From: Candidatus Goldiibacteriota bacterium
Lineage (GTDB): Bacteria > Oederibacteriota > PGYV01 > DYJU01
DNA: 64,000 nt
Reading direction: 5' to 3'
NCBI GenBank assembly: GCA_938034975.1
Contig: CALHNI010000005.1
Location: 60,718 to 124,717 of the forward strand
A model generated the notes under the pieces. The model did not search any database. It had not been told where the DNA came from and saw only the letters and a program-made list of their open reading frames with translations. Position 1 is the first letter of the stretch. Each line of letters opens with the position of its first letter. The translations under genes and the position numbers were made by a program. Below, in pieces: positions 17,798 through 28,400 of the stretch.

Positions 17798-18617
17798 GGC
17801 AGATTTGCATATACATACTAATAAATCAGATGGAATACATAGTGTAGAGGAGATATTTAAAAAAGCCAAAGAACAGGAAATATCGGCAATTGCAATTACT
17901 GATCATGATACTGTTGCGGCTATTGAAGAAGCAATGGAATATGCAAAATTTTTTAATATTGAGTTTGTTCCTGCTGTTGAACTTTCTGCTATGTTTGAAG
18001 AAAGAGAAATTCACATAGTAGGACTTTATATAGATTGGAAAAATAATGATTTTATTAATCACCTTTTATATTTTCAGAAAAAAAGAGTAGAACGCGCGAT
18101 TAATATTGTAAAAAAATTAAAAGAAAACAAAGTCTCAATTGAATTTGATGAACTATATGAAATGACTGATAATTTAAATAATATAGGAAGATTACATATA
18201 GCAAGATTGCTTCTTAAAAAAGGATATATTAAAAATATAAAGGAAGCGTTTGATAAATTCTTATCAGAAGGAAAACCAGCATATATCAAAAAGGCAAGGT
18301 TATCAGTAAAGGAAGCCATAGATATAATAAAAAAAGCAAAGGGAATTTCAATTCTTGCTCATCCTGGAATTGCTAAAAGAGATTATATGATTGAAACATG
18401 GAGAGATAATGGCTTAGATGGAATTGAAGTTTTTCATCCAGACCATACAAACGAAGATATTTTAAATTATTTGGATTATGCAAATAAATTTAATTTGTTG
18501 ATAGGAGGCGGATCTGATTTCCATGGTGAGATAAGAGAATATTCAGTCATAGGCAAAGTAAAACTACCATATGAATATTATGAGAAAATAAAAGAAAAAG
18601 TTATAACAAAAATTTAA
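17784..18617 (+). CDS. PHP-domain phosphoesterase (TrpH/YciV-like)
   Basis: WADLHIHTNKSDG...AITDHDT...H..D.HG; 277 aa; His-rich metal-binding motifs of the PHP family. Confidence 0.7.
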   Translation: MEQKWADLHIHTNKSDGIHSVEEIFKKAKEQEISAIAITDHDTVAAIEEAMEYAKFFNIEFVPAVELSAMFEEREIHIVGLYIDWKNNDFINHLLYFQKKRVERAINIVKKLKENKVSIEFDELYEMTDNLNNIGRLHIARLLLKKGYIKNIKEAFDKFLSEGKPAYIKKARLSVKEAIDIIKKAKGISILAHPGIAKRDYMIETWRDNGLDGIEVFHPDHTNEDILNYLDYANKFNLLIGGGSDFHGEIREYSVIGKVKLPYEYYEKIKEKVITKI

Positions 18618-18634
18618 AATAAAAGGGTGCAAAT

Positions 18635-20125
18635 ATGGAAGAAATGAATGAAAAAAATGAATCAGAGATTATAAAAAGCAGAGAAGAAAATTTAAAGTTT
18701 ATTTTAGAAAAAGGAATTATGCCTTATAAATACAGTTTCCAGCGCACAGGAACAATAAATGAAATTTTAGAAAAAAATAAAGACATAAAAGAAGGTGCAG
18801 AAAGCGAAGATGTAGAAATGTTGGCAGGAAGATTAATAAGTTTGCGTTTGCATGGAAAAACGATTTTTGGGCATATAAAGGATTCAGGAAATAAAATTCA
18901 GATTTATGTTAGAAAGGATGATATAGGTGAAGAGCAATATGAAATTTTTAAAAAACTTGATATCGGGGATATTATAGGAGTTGAAGGAAAAATTTTTAAA
19001 ACAAGGACAGGCGAAATCACAGTAAAGGTAAGTAAGTTTGAACTTCTAACAAAGTCGCTGTTACCTTTACCTGAAAAATGGCATGGCTTAAAAGATAAAG
19101 AAATAAGATACAGAAAAAGATACCTTGATTTAATTGTGAATGATAATGTAAAGAAGAATTTTGAGTTAAGAACCAAAATAATAAAAGAAATAAGAAATTT
19201 TCTGGATATGCAGGGATTTTTGGAAGTTGAAACACCAATGATGCAACTAATACCAGGTGGAGCAAAAGCAAAACCATTTCTTACGCATCATAATGCACTT
19301 GATTTGGATCTTTATCTAAGAATTGCACCCGAACTTTATTTAAAAAGGCTTTTGGTGGGCGGGTTTGAAAAAGTCTATGAAATAAACAGAAATTTCAGGA
19401 ACGAGGGTATTTCAATAAAGCATAATCCGGAATTTACCATGCTTGAACTATATGTCGCATATGCAGATTACAAAGTCGTTATGCAGATAGCAGAAGATCT
19501 TGTGGTAAATATTGCAGATAAAGTCTTAGGAACCAGAATTATTGAATATCAGGGCGAAAAAATTGATCTTACTCCGCCGTGGAAAAAATTAAAAATGACT
19601 GATGCAATAAAAGAATACTCAGGCATTGATACTGAAAAAGAATCTGAACAGGAACTTATAAATAGATTAAAACAGAGGGAAGTTGAAATACGGCAAGGTA
19701 TAACAAAAGGCGAACTCATTGCCCTTACGTTTGAAGAGTTTGTAGAAGAGAAACTCATTCAACCGGTATTTATAACTGATTTTCCTGTGGAAGTATCTCC
19801 GCTTGCCAAAGAAAGCAGAAAGAATCCAGGATTTGCAGAAAGATTTGAGCCATATATTTTTGGTAGGGAAATAGGGAATGGGTTTTCTGAATTAAATGAT
19901 CCAAAAGAGCAGGAAAAGAGATTTAAAGAACAAATAGAACAGGATACAGGAGGCGAAGTAGCAAGGGTAATTGATAAAGATTTTATTGAAGCATTAAAAG
20001 TTGGTATGCCTCCAGCAGGCGGTTTGGGCATAGGTGTTGATAGATTGATTATGTTTTTTACTGATGCGCCATCTATAAGAGATGTTATTTTGTTTCCGCT
20101 TTTAAGACCACAAGGTAGTGAGTAA
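18635..20125 (+). CDS. lysS: lysine--tRNA ligase (class II)
   Basis: 496 aa. N-terminal OB anticodon-binding domain, class II motifs (FLEVETPMMQ.IPGGA.A.PF.THHNALD, ...GIDRL.M). GGGTG RBS. Confidence 0.9.
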   Translation: MEEMNEKNESEIIKSREENLKFILEKGIMPYKYSFQRTGTINEILEKNKDIKEGAESEDVEMLAGRLISLRLHGKTIFGHIKDSGNKIQIYVRKDDIGEEQYEIFKKLDIGDIIGVEGKIFKTRTGEITVKVSKFELLTKSLLPLPEKWHGLKDKEIRYRKRYLDLIVNDNVKKNFELRTKIIKEIRNFLDMQGFLEVETPMMQLIPGGAKAKPFLTHHNALDLDLYLRIAPELYLKRLLVGGFEKVYEINRNFRNEGISIKHNPEFTMLELYVAYADYKVVMQIAEDLVVNIADKVLGTRIIEYQGEKIDLTPPWKKLKMTDAIKEYSGIDTEKESEQELINRLKQREVEIRQGITKGELIALTFEEFVEEKLIQPVFITDFPVEVSPLAKESRKNPGFAERFEPYIFGREIGNGFSELNDPKEQEKRFKEQIEQDTGGEVARVIDKDFIEALKVGMPPAGGLGIGVDRLIMFFTDAPSIRDVILFPLLRPQGSE

Positions 20126-21362
20126 AATGTTAAAAAAATTTAATTTTTTTATCGGTTTGCGTTATCTTAAATCCAAAAAACAAGGTTTTATTTCACTTAT
20201 AAATTTTATTTCTATAGCCGGAATATCAGTTGGTGTTATGGCTTTAATAGTTGTTATATCTGTTATGAATGGTTTTCATCAGGATATAAGAGATAAAATA
20301 ATAGGTGCAAATGCGCATGTGATTGCATCTTCATATTTTAAAGATGGTATATTTGATTATGATAAGAAGGTAAGGGAGATAAATAAAATAGAATATGTAA
20401 AGGGTGTTGCTCCTTATTTTATGGGACAGGTTATGCTAAAAACACAGGATAAGGTTGAAGGAATTTTACTCTGGGGCATAGTTCCTGATAATATATCCAA
20501 AGTTAATAATTTGAACAAAAATATAATCAAAGGTGATATTGAATCTATAACAAAGGATTTACCGGATGATAAAAAAGGGATTTTAATTGGTAAAGAACTT
20601 ATGACCAAATTAGGTGTTGATCTTGGCGATGATATTTTGCTTATTTCCCCTGTTTTTCAGCAGACACCAACAGGACTTATGCCTAAAATATATAAAATGA
20701 AAATAGTTGGTATTTTTGAAGCTGGAATGTATGATTATGATTCTACTTTTGCATATGTATCCCTAAAAAATGCCCAGCAGATTTTTAATAAACCGGATGT
20801 TATTACAGGTATTGCAATCAAAGCAGACAAACTTGAAAATGCTAAATACATAGCAACTGAAATTCACAGGAAATTTAAGGATCTATGGGCAAGGGACTGG
20901 ATGGCTATGAATAAAAATTTATTTGCTGCCTTGAAAATAGAAAAATTAACTATGTTTATTATACTTACATTGATTGTTCTGGTTGCTGCTTTTAATATAG
21001 CGGGAACACTGATAATGATAGTTATGAGAAAGACAAAAGAAATCGGTATATTAAAATCAATTGGTGCTAGCAACAAAGATATAATGAACATTTTTATTAT
21101 ACAGGGAGTTGCAACTGGGTTTATAGGTGCTATTATCGGACTTATATCAGGCGTTGGTCTTTGTATTTATCTTAAATTATATCCTATTTCAATGCCTGGT
21201 GGTGGCAGCGTTTATTATATTGATAAACTTGCTGTGGCAATGGAATTGAGGGATTTGATTATAATACCTGTTGCAGCAGTTTTACTTTCATTTCTGGCTA
21301 CATTATACCCTGCTTATCATGCTTCAAAAATGGATCCAGTTGAGGCGATAAGATATGAATAA
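20118..21362 (+). CDS. lolC: lipoprotein-releasing system permease LolC/LolE (FtsX-like ABC permease with MacB-type periplasmic domain)
   Basis: 414 aa. N-terminal TM, large periplasmic domain, three C-terminal TMs; ends with the LATLYPAYHASKMDPVEA..YE motif. Overlaps lolD. Confidence 0.75.
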   Translation: MSKMLKKFNFFIGLRYLKSKKQGFISLINFISIAGISVGVMALIVVISVMNGFHQDIRDKIIGANAHVIASSYFKDGIFDYDKKVREINKIEYVKGVAPYFMGQVMLKTQDKVEGILLWGIVPDNISKVNNLNKNIIKGDIESITKDLPDDKKGILIGKELMTKLGVDLGDDILLISPVFQQTPTGLMPKIYKMKIVGIFEAGMYDYDSTFAYVSLKNAQQIFNKPDVITGIAIKADKLENAKYIATEIHRKFKDLWARDWMAMNKNLFAALKIEKLTMFIILTLIVLVAAFNIAGTLIMIVMRKTKEIGILKSIGASNKDIMNIFIIQGVATGFIGAIIGLISGVGLCIYLKLYPISMPGGGSVYYIDKLAVAMELRDLIIIPVAAVLLSFLATLYPAYHASKMDPVEAIRYE

Positions 21363-22050
21363 TATTCTTATAGTAAGACAGATAAAAAAGGCATTTATCA
21401 ACGGTAAAAATGCATTGAGTGTATTAAAAGATATAAATCTGGAAATAGGTGAAGGAGAACTTGTGATAATAGTTGGGCCATCAGGTGCAGGTAAAAGCAC
21501 TTTACTTACTGTAATGGGCGGATTAAGCAGACCAACAGAAGGAGAAATACTGCTAAATGATATAAATTTATATAAATTAAGTGATGAAAAACTGGCAGAA
21601 ATAAGAAATAAAAAGATGGGATTTATTTTCCAATTTCATCATCTTTTACCTGAGTTTACTGCTATTGAAAATGTAATTTTACCTTCTTTAATAGCAGGAG
21701 AGAATAAAAAAACAGCAACAGATAAAGCAAAAAAAATATTGATAAGTATGGGATTAGGTGGTAGATTATTACATAGACCGTCTGAATTATCAGGCGGAGA
21801 ACAGCAGAGAGTTGCAATTGCAAGGGCACTTATAAATGACCCTGATATAATATTTGCTGATGAACCAACAGGTAATTTAGATAAGCAAAATTCAGAACTT
21901 ATAAATAAAATAATTTTTGACCTTAATAAAAATTTAAAGCAAACATTTATTATTGTTACACATAATGAACAACTTGCTTCTTTGGGAAACAAAGTAATTC
22001 ATATAGAAGATGGGATGATAAAAAATATTGTAAAAAAAGGAGGAAATTAA
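21355..22050 (+). CDS. lolD: lipoprotein-releasing system ATP-binding protein LolD
   Basis: GPSGAGKSTLL, LSGGEQQRVAIARAL, IIFADEPTGNLD; 231 aa; follows lolC. Confidence 0.8.
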   Translation: MNNILIVRQIKKAFINGKNALSVLKDINLEIGEGELVIIVGPSGAGKSTLLTVMGGLSRPTEGEILLNDINLYKLSDEKLAEIRNKKMGFIFQFHHLLPEFTAIENVILPSLIAGENKKTATDKAKKILISMGLGGRLLHRPSELSGGEQQRVAIARALINDPDIIFADEPTGNLDKQNSELINKIIFDLNKNLKQTFIIVTHNEQLASLGNKVIHIEDGMIKNIVKKGGN

Positions 22051-22929
22051 ATGCTGATAAACTTAAACGGAAATTTAGTGCAAAAAGAAGATGCCAAAAT
22101 ATCTGTTTTTGATCATGGTCTTTTATATGGGGATGGTGTTTTTGAAGGAATAAGAATTTATTCAAATAATATTTTTAAATTAAAAGAGCATATTGACAGA
22201 TTATATGATTCGGCTAAATTTATAAATCTTGATATACCATTGTCAAAAAAAGAAATGATTGAAGAAGTTGTAAAAACAGTAGCAGTTAATAAATTAAAGG
22301 ATGGTTATATAAGACTGGTTGTAACGCGCGGTGAAGGGGATTTGGGACTTGATCCGAGAAAATGTAAAAAAGCAACTTATTTTATTATTGCGGATAAAAT
22401 TGTGCTTTATCCTGATGAATTTTATAAAAAAGGGCTTTCAATTATTACTGTTGCAACACGTAGAAATGTAAACGAAGCATTGGAACCACGCGTCAAATCA
22501 TTAAATTATCTTAATAATATTCTTGCAAAGATAGAAGCAAATAATGCAGGAAGTCTAGAGGCAATTATGATAAATCAGCAGGGTTATGTTTCAGAGGCAA
22601 CGGGTGATAATATTTTTATAATAAAAGGAAATAATCTTATTACTCCTTCGCTTTTTTGTGGTGTATTAAACGGCATAACCCGAGCCACTGTTATTGAAAT
22701 AGGCAGAAAAATTAAAATGAATGTTTTGGAAAATGTTCTTACTCGGTATGATTTATATACTGCGGATGAATGTTTTTTAACAGGAACAGCAGCTGAGGTT
22801 ATTCCTGTTGTTGAAATTGATACGAGAAAAATAAATGGTGGTATACCAGGAACAAAAACAAAAGTCATTATGAGGGAATTTAAAAAATTAACAAAAAAAA
22901 TAGGTGTTAAGGTAAAATATAAAACCTGA
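22051..22929 (+). CDS. class IV PLP aminotransferase (branched-chain amino-acid / D-amino-acid aminotransferase family)
   Basis: 292 aa. LLYGDGVFEGIR near the N-terminus. The fold-type IV catalytic Lys is expected in the R.V.SLNYL region. Confidence 0.7.
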   Translation: MLINLNGNLVQKEDAKISVFDHGLLYGDGVFEGIRIYSNNIFKLKEHIDRLYDSAKFINLDIPLSKKEMIEEVVKTVAVNKLKDGYIRLVVTRGEGDLGLDPRKCKKATYFIIADKIVLYPDEFYKKGLSIITVATRRNVNEALEPRVKSLNYLNNILAKIEANNAGSLEAIMINQQGYVSEATGDNIFIIKGNNLITPSLFCGVLNGITRATVIEIGRKIKMNVLENVLTRYDLYTADECFLTGTAAEVIPVVEIDTRKINGGIPGTKTKVIMREFKKLTKKIGVKVKYKT

Positions 22930-22953
22930 TGCGACTTTTAATGAGGTGTAAAA

Positions 22954-25389
22954 ATGTTTGATAAATTTTCAGATAGGGCAAGGAAGGTAATTGCTTTTGC
23001 AAAAGAAGAAGCTTTAAGATTAGGTCATGATTTTTTAGGGACAGAACATATACTATTGGGTTTAATTAAAGATGGTTCTGGCGTTGCCATGGCGGTTCTG
23101 GATCGGCTTGGTGTTAATCCAGAAGAATTAAAGGTTAACATAGAAGAGCGTTCGCTCGGAAATAAAAGTAATACTATGGTTGTAGGTGATATACCATTTA
23201 TGCCACAGACAAGAAAGGTATTTGAATTTGCAGCAGAAGAATCGCAACTTTTAGGACATAACCACATAGGAACAGAACATCTTCTTTTAGGACTCTTAAG
23301 AGAAACAGACGGAATTGCATACCTTGTTCTTACTGAAGCAGGAGTTACGTATCGTAAGGCAAAAGAAGAAACAATAAACATACTTGGTTCAAGTGCACCA
23401 CCTAAATTTTCTGTTTTTTCTCATTCGCATAAAACAAATACACCAACGCTTGATAATTTCGGGAGAGATTTAACTTTTTTAGCAAAAGAAAATAAACTGG
23501 ATCCTGTTATAGGAAGAGAAGATGAAATAGAAAGGGTTATTCAGATTTTAAGTAGGAGAACAAAAAATAATCCAGTATTAATTGGAGAACCTGGTGTTGG
23601 TAAAACAGCAATAGTAGAAGGACTTGCCCAGAAAATTGTTAAATCAGAAGTTCCTGAACTTTTATTTAATAAAAGGGTTGTTGCTTTGGACTTGGCAGCT
23701 GTTGTTGCCGGCACAAAGTATCGTGGGGAATTTGAAGAAAGGTTAAAAGCAATAATAAATGAAGTCCGTCACGCAGCAAACACAGTTATACTTTTTATAG
23801 ATGAATTGCATACCTTGGTTGGCGCCGGTGCAGCCGAGGGTGCAATAGATGCATCAAATATGTTAAAACCGGCTTTATCACGTGGAGAATTTCAGTGTAT
23901 TGGCGCTACCACATTTAATGAATACAGGAAATATATTGAAAAAGATGGTGCTTTGGAACGAAGGTTTCAACCTATATTTGTAAAAGCGCCGACAGTTGAA
24001 GAAACTATAAAAATAATAAAAGGTTTACGTGATAAATATGAAACACATCATAAAGTAAAAATTTCAGATGAAGCCATAGAAGCAGCAGCAAAACTATCAA
24101 ACAGATATATATCTGACAGGTTTTTACCTGATAAAGCAATAGATGTTGTAGATGAAGCAGGAGCACGTGCGCGTTTATATGCAACAACTGTTCCGGATGA
24201 AATAAAAGCAATTGATAAAGAAATTAAAAATGTTATAAGGTCAAAAGAAGAGGCGGTAAAATCGCAGGAATTTGAAAAGGCAGCAAATTTAAGAGATAAG
24301 ATAAATGAATTAAAAAGAAAAAGAGAAGAGATGAGGAAAAAATTTGAAAATACAAAAACTATGAATATCCCGGTTGTAAAAGCAGAAGATATTGCGTATA
24401 TAATATCCAAACAAACAGGCATACCAATTTATAAACTTGAAGAAAAAGAATCAGAAAAACTTTTAAAAATGGAAGATGAACTTCATAAAAGAATAATAGG
24501 CCAGAATGAAGCTATAGAGGCAATTTCAAAAGCAATAAGAAGGTCCCGTTCTGGTATGGCAGATCCTAATAAGCCAATTGGTTCATTTGTCTTTTTAGGA
24601 CCTACAGGAGTTGGAAAAACAGAAGTTGCAAGAGCACTTGCAGAAATCCTTTTTGAAGATAAAGATGCTTTAATAAGAATTGATATGTCTGAATTTATGG
24701 AAAAGTTTGCAGTGTCAAGATTGGTTGGTGCTCCGCCAGGGTATGTTGGTTATGAAGAAGGCGGGCAATTAACAGAAAGAGTAAGGAGAAGACCATATTC
24801 GGTTGTGTTATTTGATGAAATAGAAAAAGCACATCCCGAAGTATTTAATATACTTTTGCAGATATTAGAAAGCGGACGTCTTACTGATTCTGTTGGAAGG
24901 ACAGTGGATTTTAAAAATACAGTCATTATAATAACTTCTAATATAGGTTCCAAATATGTTGAACGAAGTAGAGGTCTTGGTTTTAAAAAGGAAACAGAAG
25001 AGGATGTTTCTTATGATAAATATAAAGCAAGAATAATTGAAGAAGTAAAAAAAGTTATGAATCCTGAATTTATTAACAGGATAGATGAAATAATAGTTTT
25101 TCATCCATTAACAAAAGATGATTTAAAGAAGATAATAGATATAATGCTTGAGGATGTTATAAAAAGATTATCAGAAAAAGGTATAAAAATAATATTAACT
25201 GATAACGCAAAAGAGTTTTTAATAGAAAAAGGGTATGATCCTGTTTACGGAGCAAGACCATTAAGAAGAACCATTCAAAAATATGTTGAGGACCAGATGG
25301 CAGAAAAGTTACTTTCAGGTGAAATTAGTGATAATAAAACAGTTGAGATTGAAAGAATAAATGATGGTCTCCAGTTTATATCAAGATAA
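22954..25389 (+). CDS. clpC: ATP-dependent Clp protease ATP-binding subunit ClpC (two AAA+ modules, N-terminal Clp_N repeats, UVR linker)
   Basis: 811 aa. Two Clp_N repeats, Walker A GEPGVGKT and GPTGVGKT, a UVR-like motif ([11 protein letters not shown]), and the ClpB/ClpC signature. Confidence 0.85.
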   Translation: MFDKFSDRARKVIAFAKEEALRLGHDFLGTEHILLGLIKDGSGVAMAVLDRLGVNPEELKVNIEERSLGNKSNTMVVGDIPFMPQTRKVFEFAAEESQLLGHNHIGTEHLLLGLLRETDGIAYLVLTEAGVTYRKAKEETINILGSSAPPKFSVFSHSHKTNTPTLDNFGRDLTFLAKENKLDPVIGREDEIERVIQILSRRTKNNPVLIGEPGVGKTAIVEGLAQKIVKSEVPELLFNKRVVALDLAAVVAGTKYRGEFEERLKAIINEVRHAANTVILFIDELHTLVGAGAAEGAIDASNMLKPALSRGEFQCIGATTFNEYRKYIEKDGALERRFQPIFVKAPTVEETIKIIKGLRDKYETHHKVKISDEAIEAAAKLSNRYISDRFLPDKAIDVVDEAGARARLYATTVPDEIKAIDKEIKNVIRSKEEAVKSQEFEKAANLRDKINELKRKREEMRKKFENTKTMNIPVVKAEDIAYIISKQTGIPIYKLEEKESEKLLKMEDELHKRIIGQNEAIEAISKAIRRSRSGMADPNKPIGSFVFLGPTGVGKTEVARALAEILFEDKDALIRIDMSEFMEKFAVSRLVGAPPGYVGYEEGGQLTERVRRRPYSVVLFDEIEKAHPEVFNILLQILESGRLTDSVGRTVDFKNTVIIITSNIGSKYVERSRGLGFKKETEEDVSYDKYKARIIEEVKKVMNPEFINRIDEIIVFHPLTKDDLKKIIDIMLEDVIKRLSEKGIKIILTDNAKEFLIEKGYDPVYGARPLRRTIQKYVEDQMAEKLLSGEISDNKTVEIERINDGLQFISR

Positions 25390-25414
25390 AATAAACTAAA
25401 AGGGTCTCTGTTCA

Positions 25415-28400
25415 ATGAAAATAATCCGAAATATAATTTTATTAATTTTATCAGTGATATTTCTGTTTATGTTTTTTCTGATTATTTTGGCTAAAATTCC
25501 AACCTTTACAGCAATTATTACTGATTATGTTAATTCTGAAATCTATAAAGCAACAGGTAAAAATATCAGAATAAGCAGTATTGAATTTGGATTCATAGAT
25601 AATATAAAATTAAAAAATATTTCGGTACCCCTTAAAAGGACATTATCAGAAGGAGAGTTTGCAAATATAAAAGAGATAATTTTAAGATTTAATATCATTG
25701 ATATTATTCTGCATAAAAAAGAAGTTGCTGAATCATTATCAGGGTTAATAATAAAATCACCGGTTTTCTATATTTATAAGCAAGACAATAAATTAAACAT
25801 TCATAATTTTTTTTATGGGTTTAATGAAAAAAAAGAGAAAAGTCAGGGAAAAAATATTTTTTTAGTTTTACCTGTTTTTAAAATTTTTATTGAAAAGGGA
25901 AAAATAATTTATGGAGATAAAGATGTAAAATTTTTTGATTCTTTGGAATCTATAGATGGTAATATTTTTTTTGATGTGAAAAATAAAATATTAAAGGTCG
26001 TTTTGGATGCAAGATTAAAGGAAAGCGTAAAAGGTAAAATAAAAATTAATGCGGATTATTATCAGGAAAAAAATAAACTAAAAGCAAATTTAAAAACAGA
26101 AAACTTAAATTTAAACACTGTTATTAACTATCTTTTTGATAATAAAGAACAACCTGTAAAAATGGTAGACATAACATCTGATATTGATATTTATTCCGCT
26201 GATATGAAAATTGAAAACTTAAAATTAAATGGTTATATAAAAATAAATAACGGGATTATTTTTAAAAATAATATTCCGATAAATAATATTAATGGACATG
26301 CAATAATTTCCAATGATAAAATTTTGATTAATAATTTTACTTTTAATATTTTTCAAAACCCTGCTTTTATAAATGGGAAATTAAAAAACTTTTTTAGGGA
26401 AATTGAATATAACTTTGATGTTGTAATAAATGATTTTAATCTGGAAAATTTGGCAAAAGATTTTTTAAGTGGTAATGCAAGGTTAACTTTTAATATTTGG
26501 GGCGATAAATCAGCAATGGAAGGTAAAGGGAAATTATTTTTGGACAGCGCTTTTATTAATAAAATACCAATTAAAAATATTGAAGCAGGAATTAAATTAG
26601 AAAAAGGGAGATTTAATCTATATGATTTAAAAGGTAAATTCGCAGAAGGTAATTTAAATGGTGATTTTTCAGTTGATATAAAAAATAATGAAAAATTGAA
26701 AGGAAAAATAAATTTACAACTTGTTGATTTTGAAAAGTTAGTAAATGAAAAAGATTCAGATGGAAAAATAAATTTTCTTTGTGATATATCAGGAAAAATT
26801 AATATGCCTTTTATTAAATTACAATTGAATTCTGATTCAATAAGATACAAAAAATATAAAATAAAAAATATAAAAGGCAATATAATTTATGATGATAAAA
26901 AAGTTGAGGTTTTTTCATATTTTGATTATATGGACTATGTTTTTCTTAAAATATATGGAAATATTTTATTTAATGAAAATAAAATAGAAATTGTGAATTT
27001 GAATATAAAAGAAAAGGATTTAAGTCTTGTTAGTATAAACGGGTTTTTAATACCAGGGGAAAAACAAATTAATATTAAATCGGATTTTTCAAATATAGTT
27101 TTATCAAAATTAAAAATTGAATATTTTAAAAATAAAGATATAGAAGCAGAGTTTAATGCAAACAGCATTATAACAGGTAAAGTTGATTCGCCTGTTATTG
27201 GGTTTAAACTGAACACCCAAAAACTATCTATAAATAAAGAAGCATACAATTTGTTCTGCGATGTCCTTTATGAAAAAAATGCAATAACAATAAAAGAACT
27301 AAATTTTAGTAATATAGTTACAGGAACAGCTGAATTTTCACTAAAAAAGAAGTTATTTACAATAATGACTGATATTAAAAATTTAAAAGGGGATGTATTA
27401 AAAGAAGTTTTTGGGTTGCATATTTTTAAAGACAGCCAAATAAACGGAATGGCAAATATCAATAAAACTTCAGAAGGTTTTGGCGGAGCAATTGTTGTTA
27501 ATACATCTTATAAAACTGGCATATATAAACAAATTGAAATTGATATTAAAGGTGAAAAAAATTTTTTTAATATAAATAAATTAAATATACAACAAAAAAA
27601 TGGTTTTTTTAATATCGCGGGTAATTTTAATATCAAAGATGACCAGGATATTTTTGTTGACATAAACGGGAATGCGAAAAATTATCAAATTAATAACAAA
27701 TTAAAAATAAAATTTGCAATTGATAGTAAAAGTAAAATAACATTGGCAGATAAAATATTTTCTTCTTTTAATTTGAAATTTTCTGATATTAAATTTAATG
27801 ACAGACAATTAAAAGACCTTGTGCTAAATATAAAAACAGAAAATATAGATATAACTTCCTTAAAAGCAAACTGGGGAGAAAATTATTTTATAAATGGGGA
27901 TTTTTATTCTGATATACCCAGGGGATATCTTAGATTTGATTTTAAAGAAGCTGATTTTTTTCCTTTTTATACTTTGTTTGATATAAGAGAAAAAGGACTT
28001 GAAAATGATTCGCTTTTAAATGGGTATCTTGAAATAAAAGGGCCTGTTGATGACTCTGATTTTATTCTATATGTTTCCCAGGTAAAAGGAATTGCAAGAT
28101 TAAGCGGCAAACTGAATTTTAATAAGAATCTTAATTTTTTTAAGTTGAACAGAGTCAGTATTGATTACAATATTATGAATTGTGATCTTAAAAAATTTGT
28201 TTCAATTTTTATAGATAACTTTGAGAATACCGGTAATTTTAATGCAAAAGGAAAGGTAAATGGTAGTCCTGAAAATTTAACGAGCGAAGGGAATATGCTA
28301 TTATCAGGGGGCGTTTTGCAGGGGTTTAATTACGAAAATATAAATATTGATTATATTTTTGAAAAAAATAAATTAACATTAACCAAATTTAATTTTTACA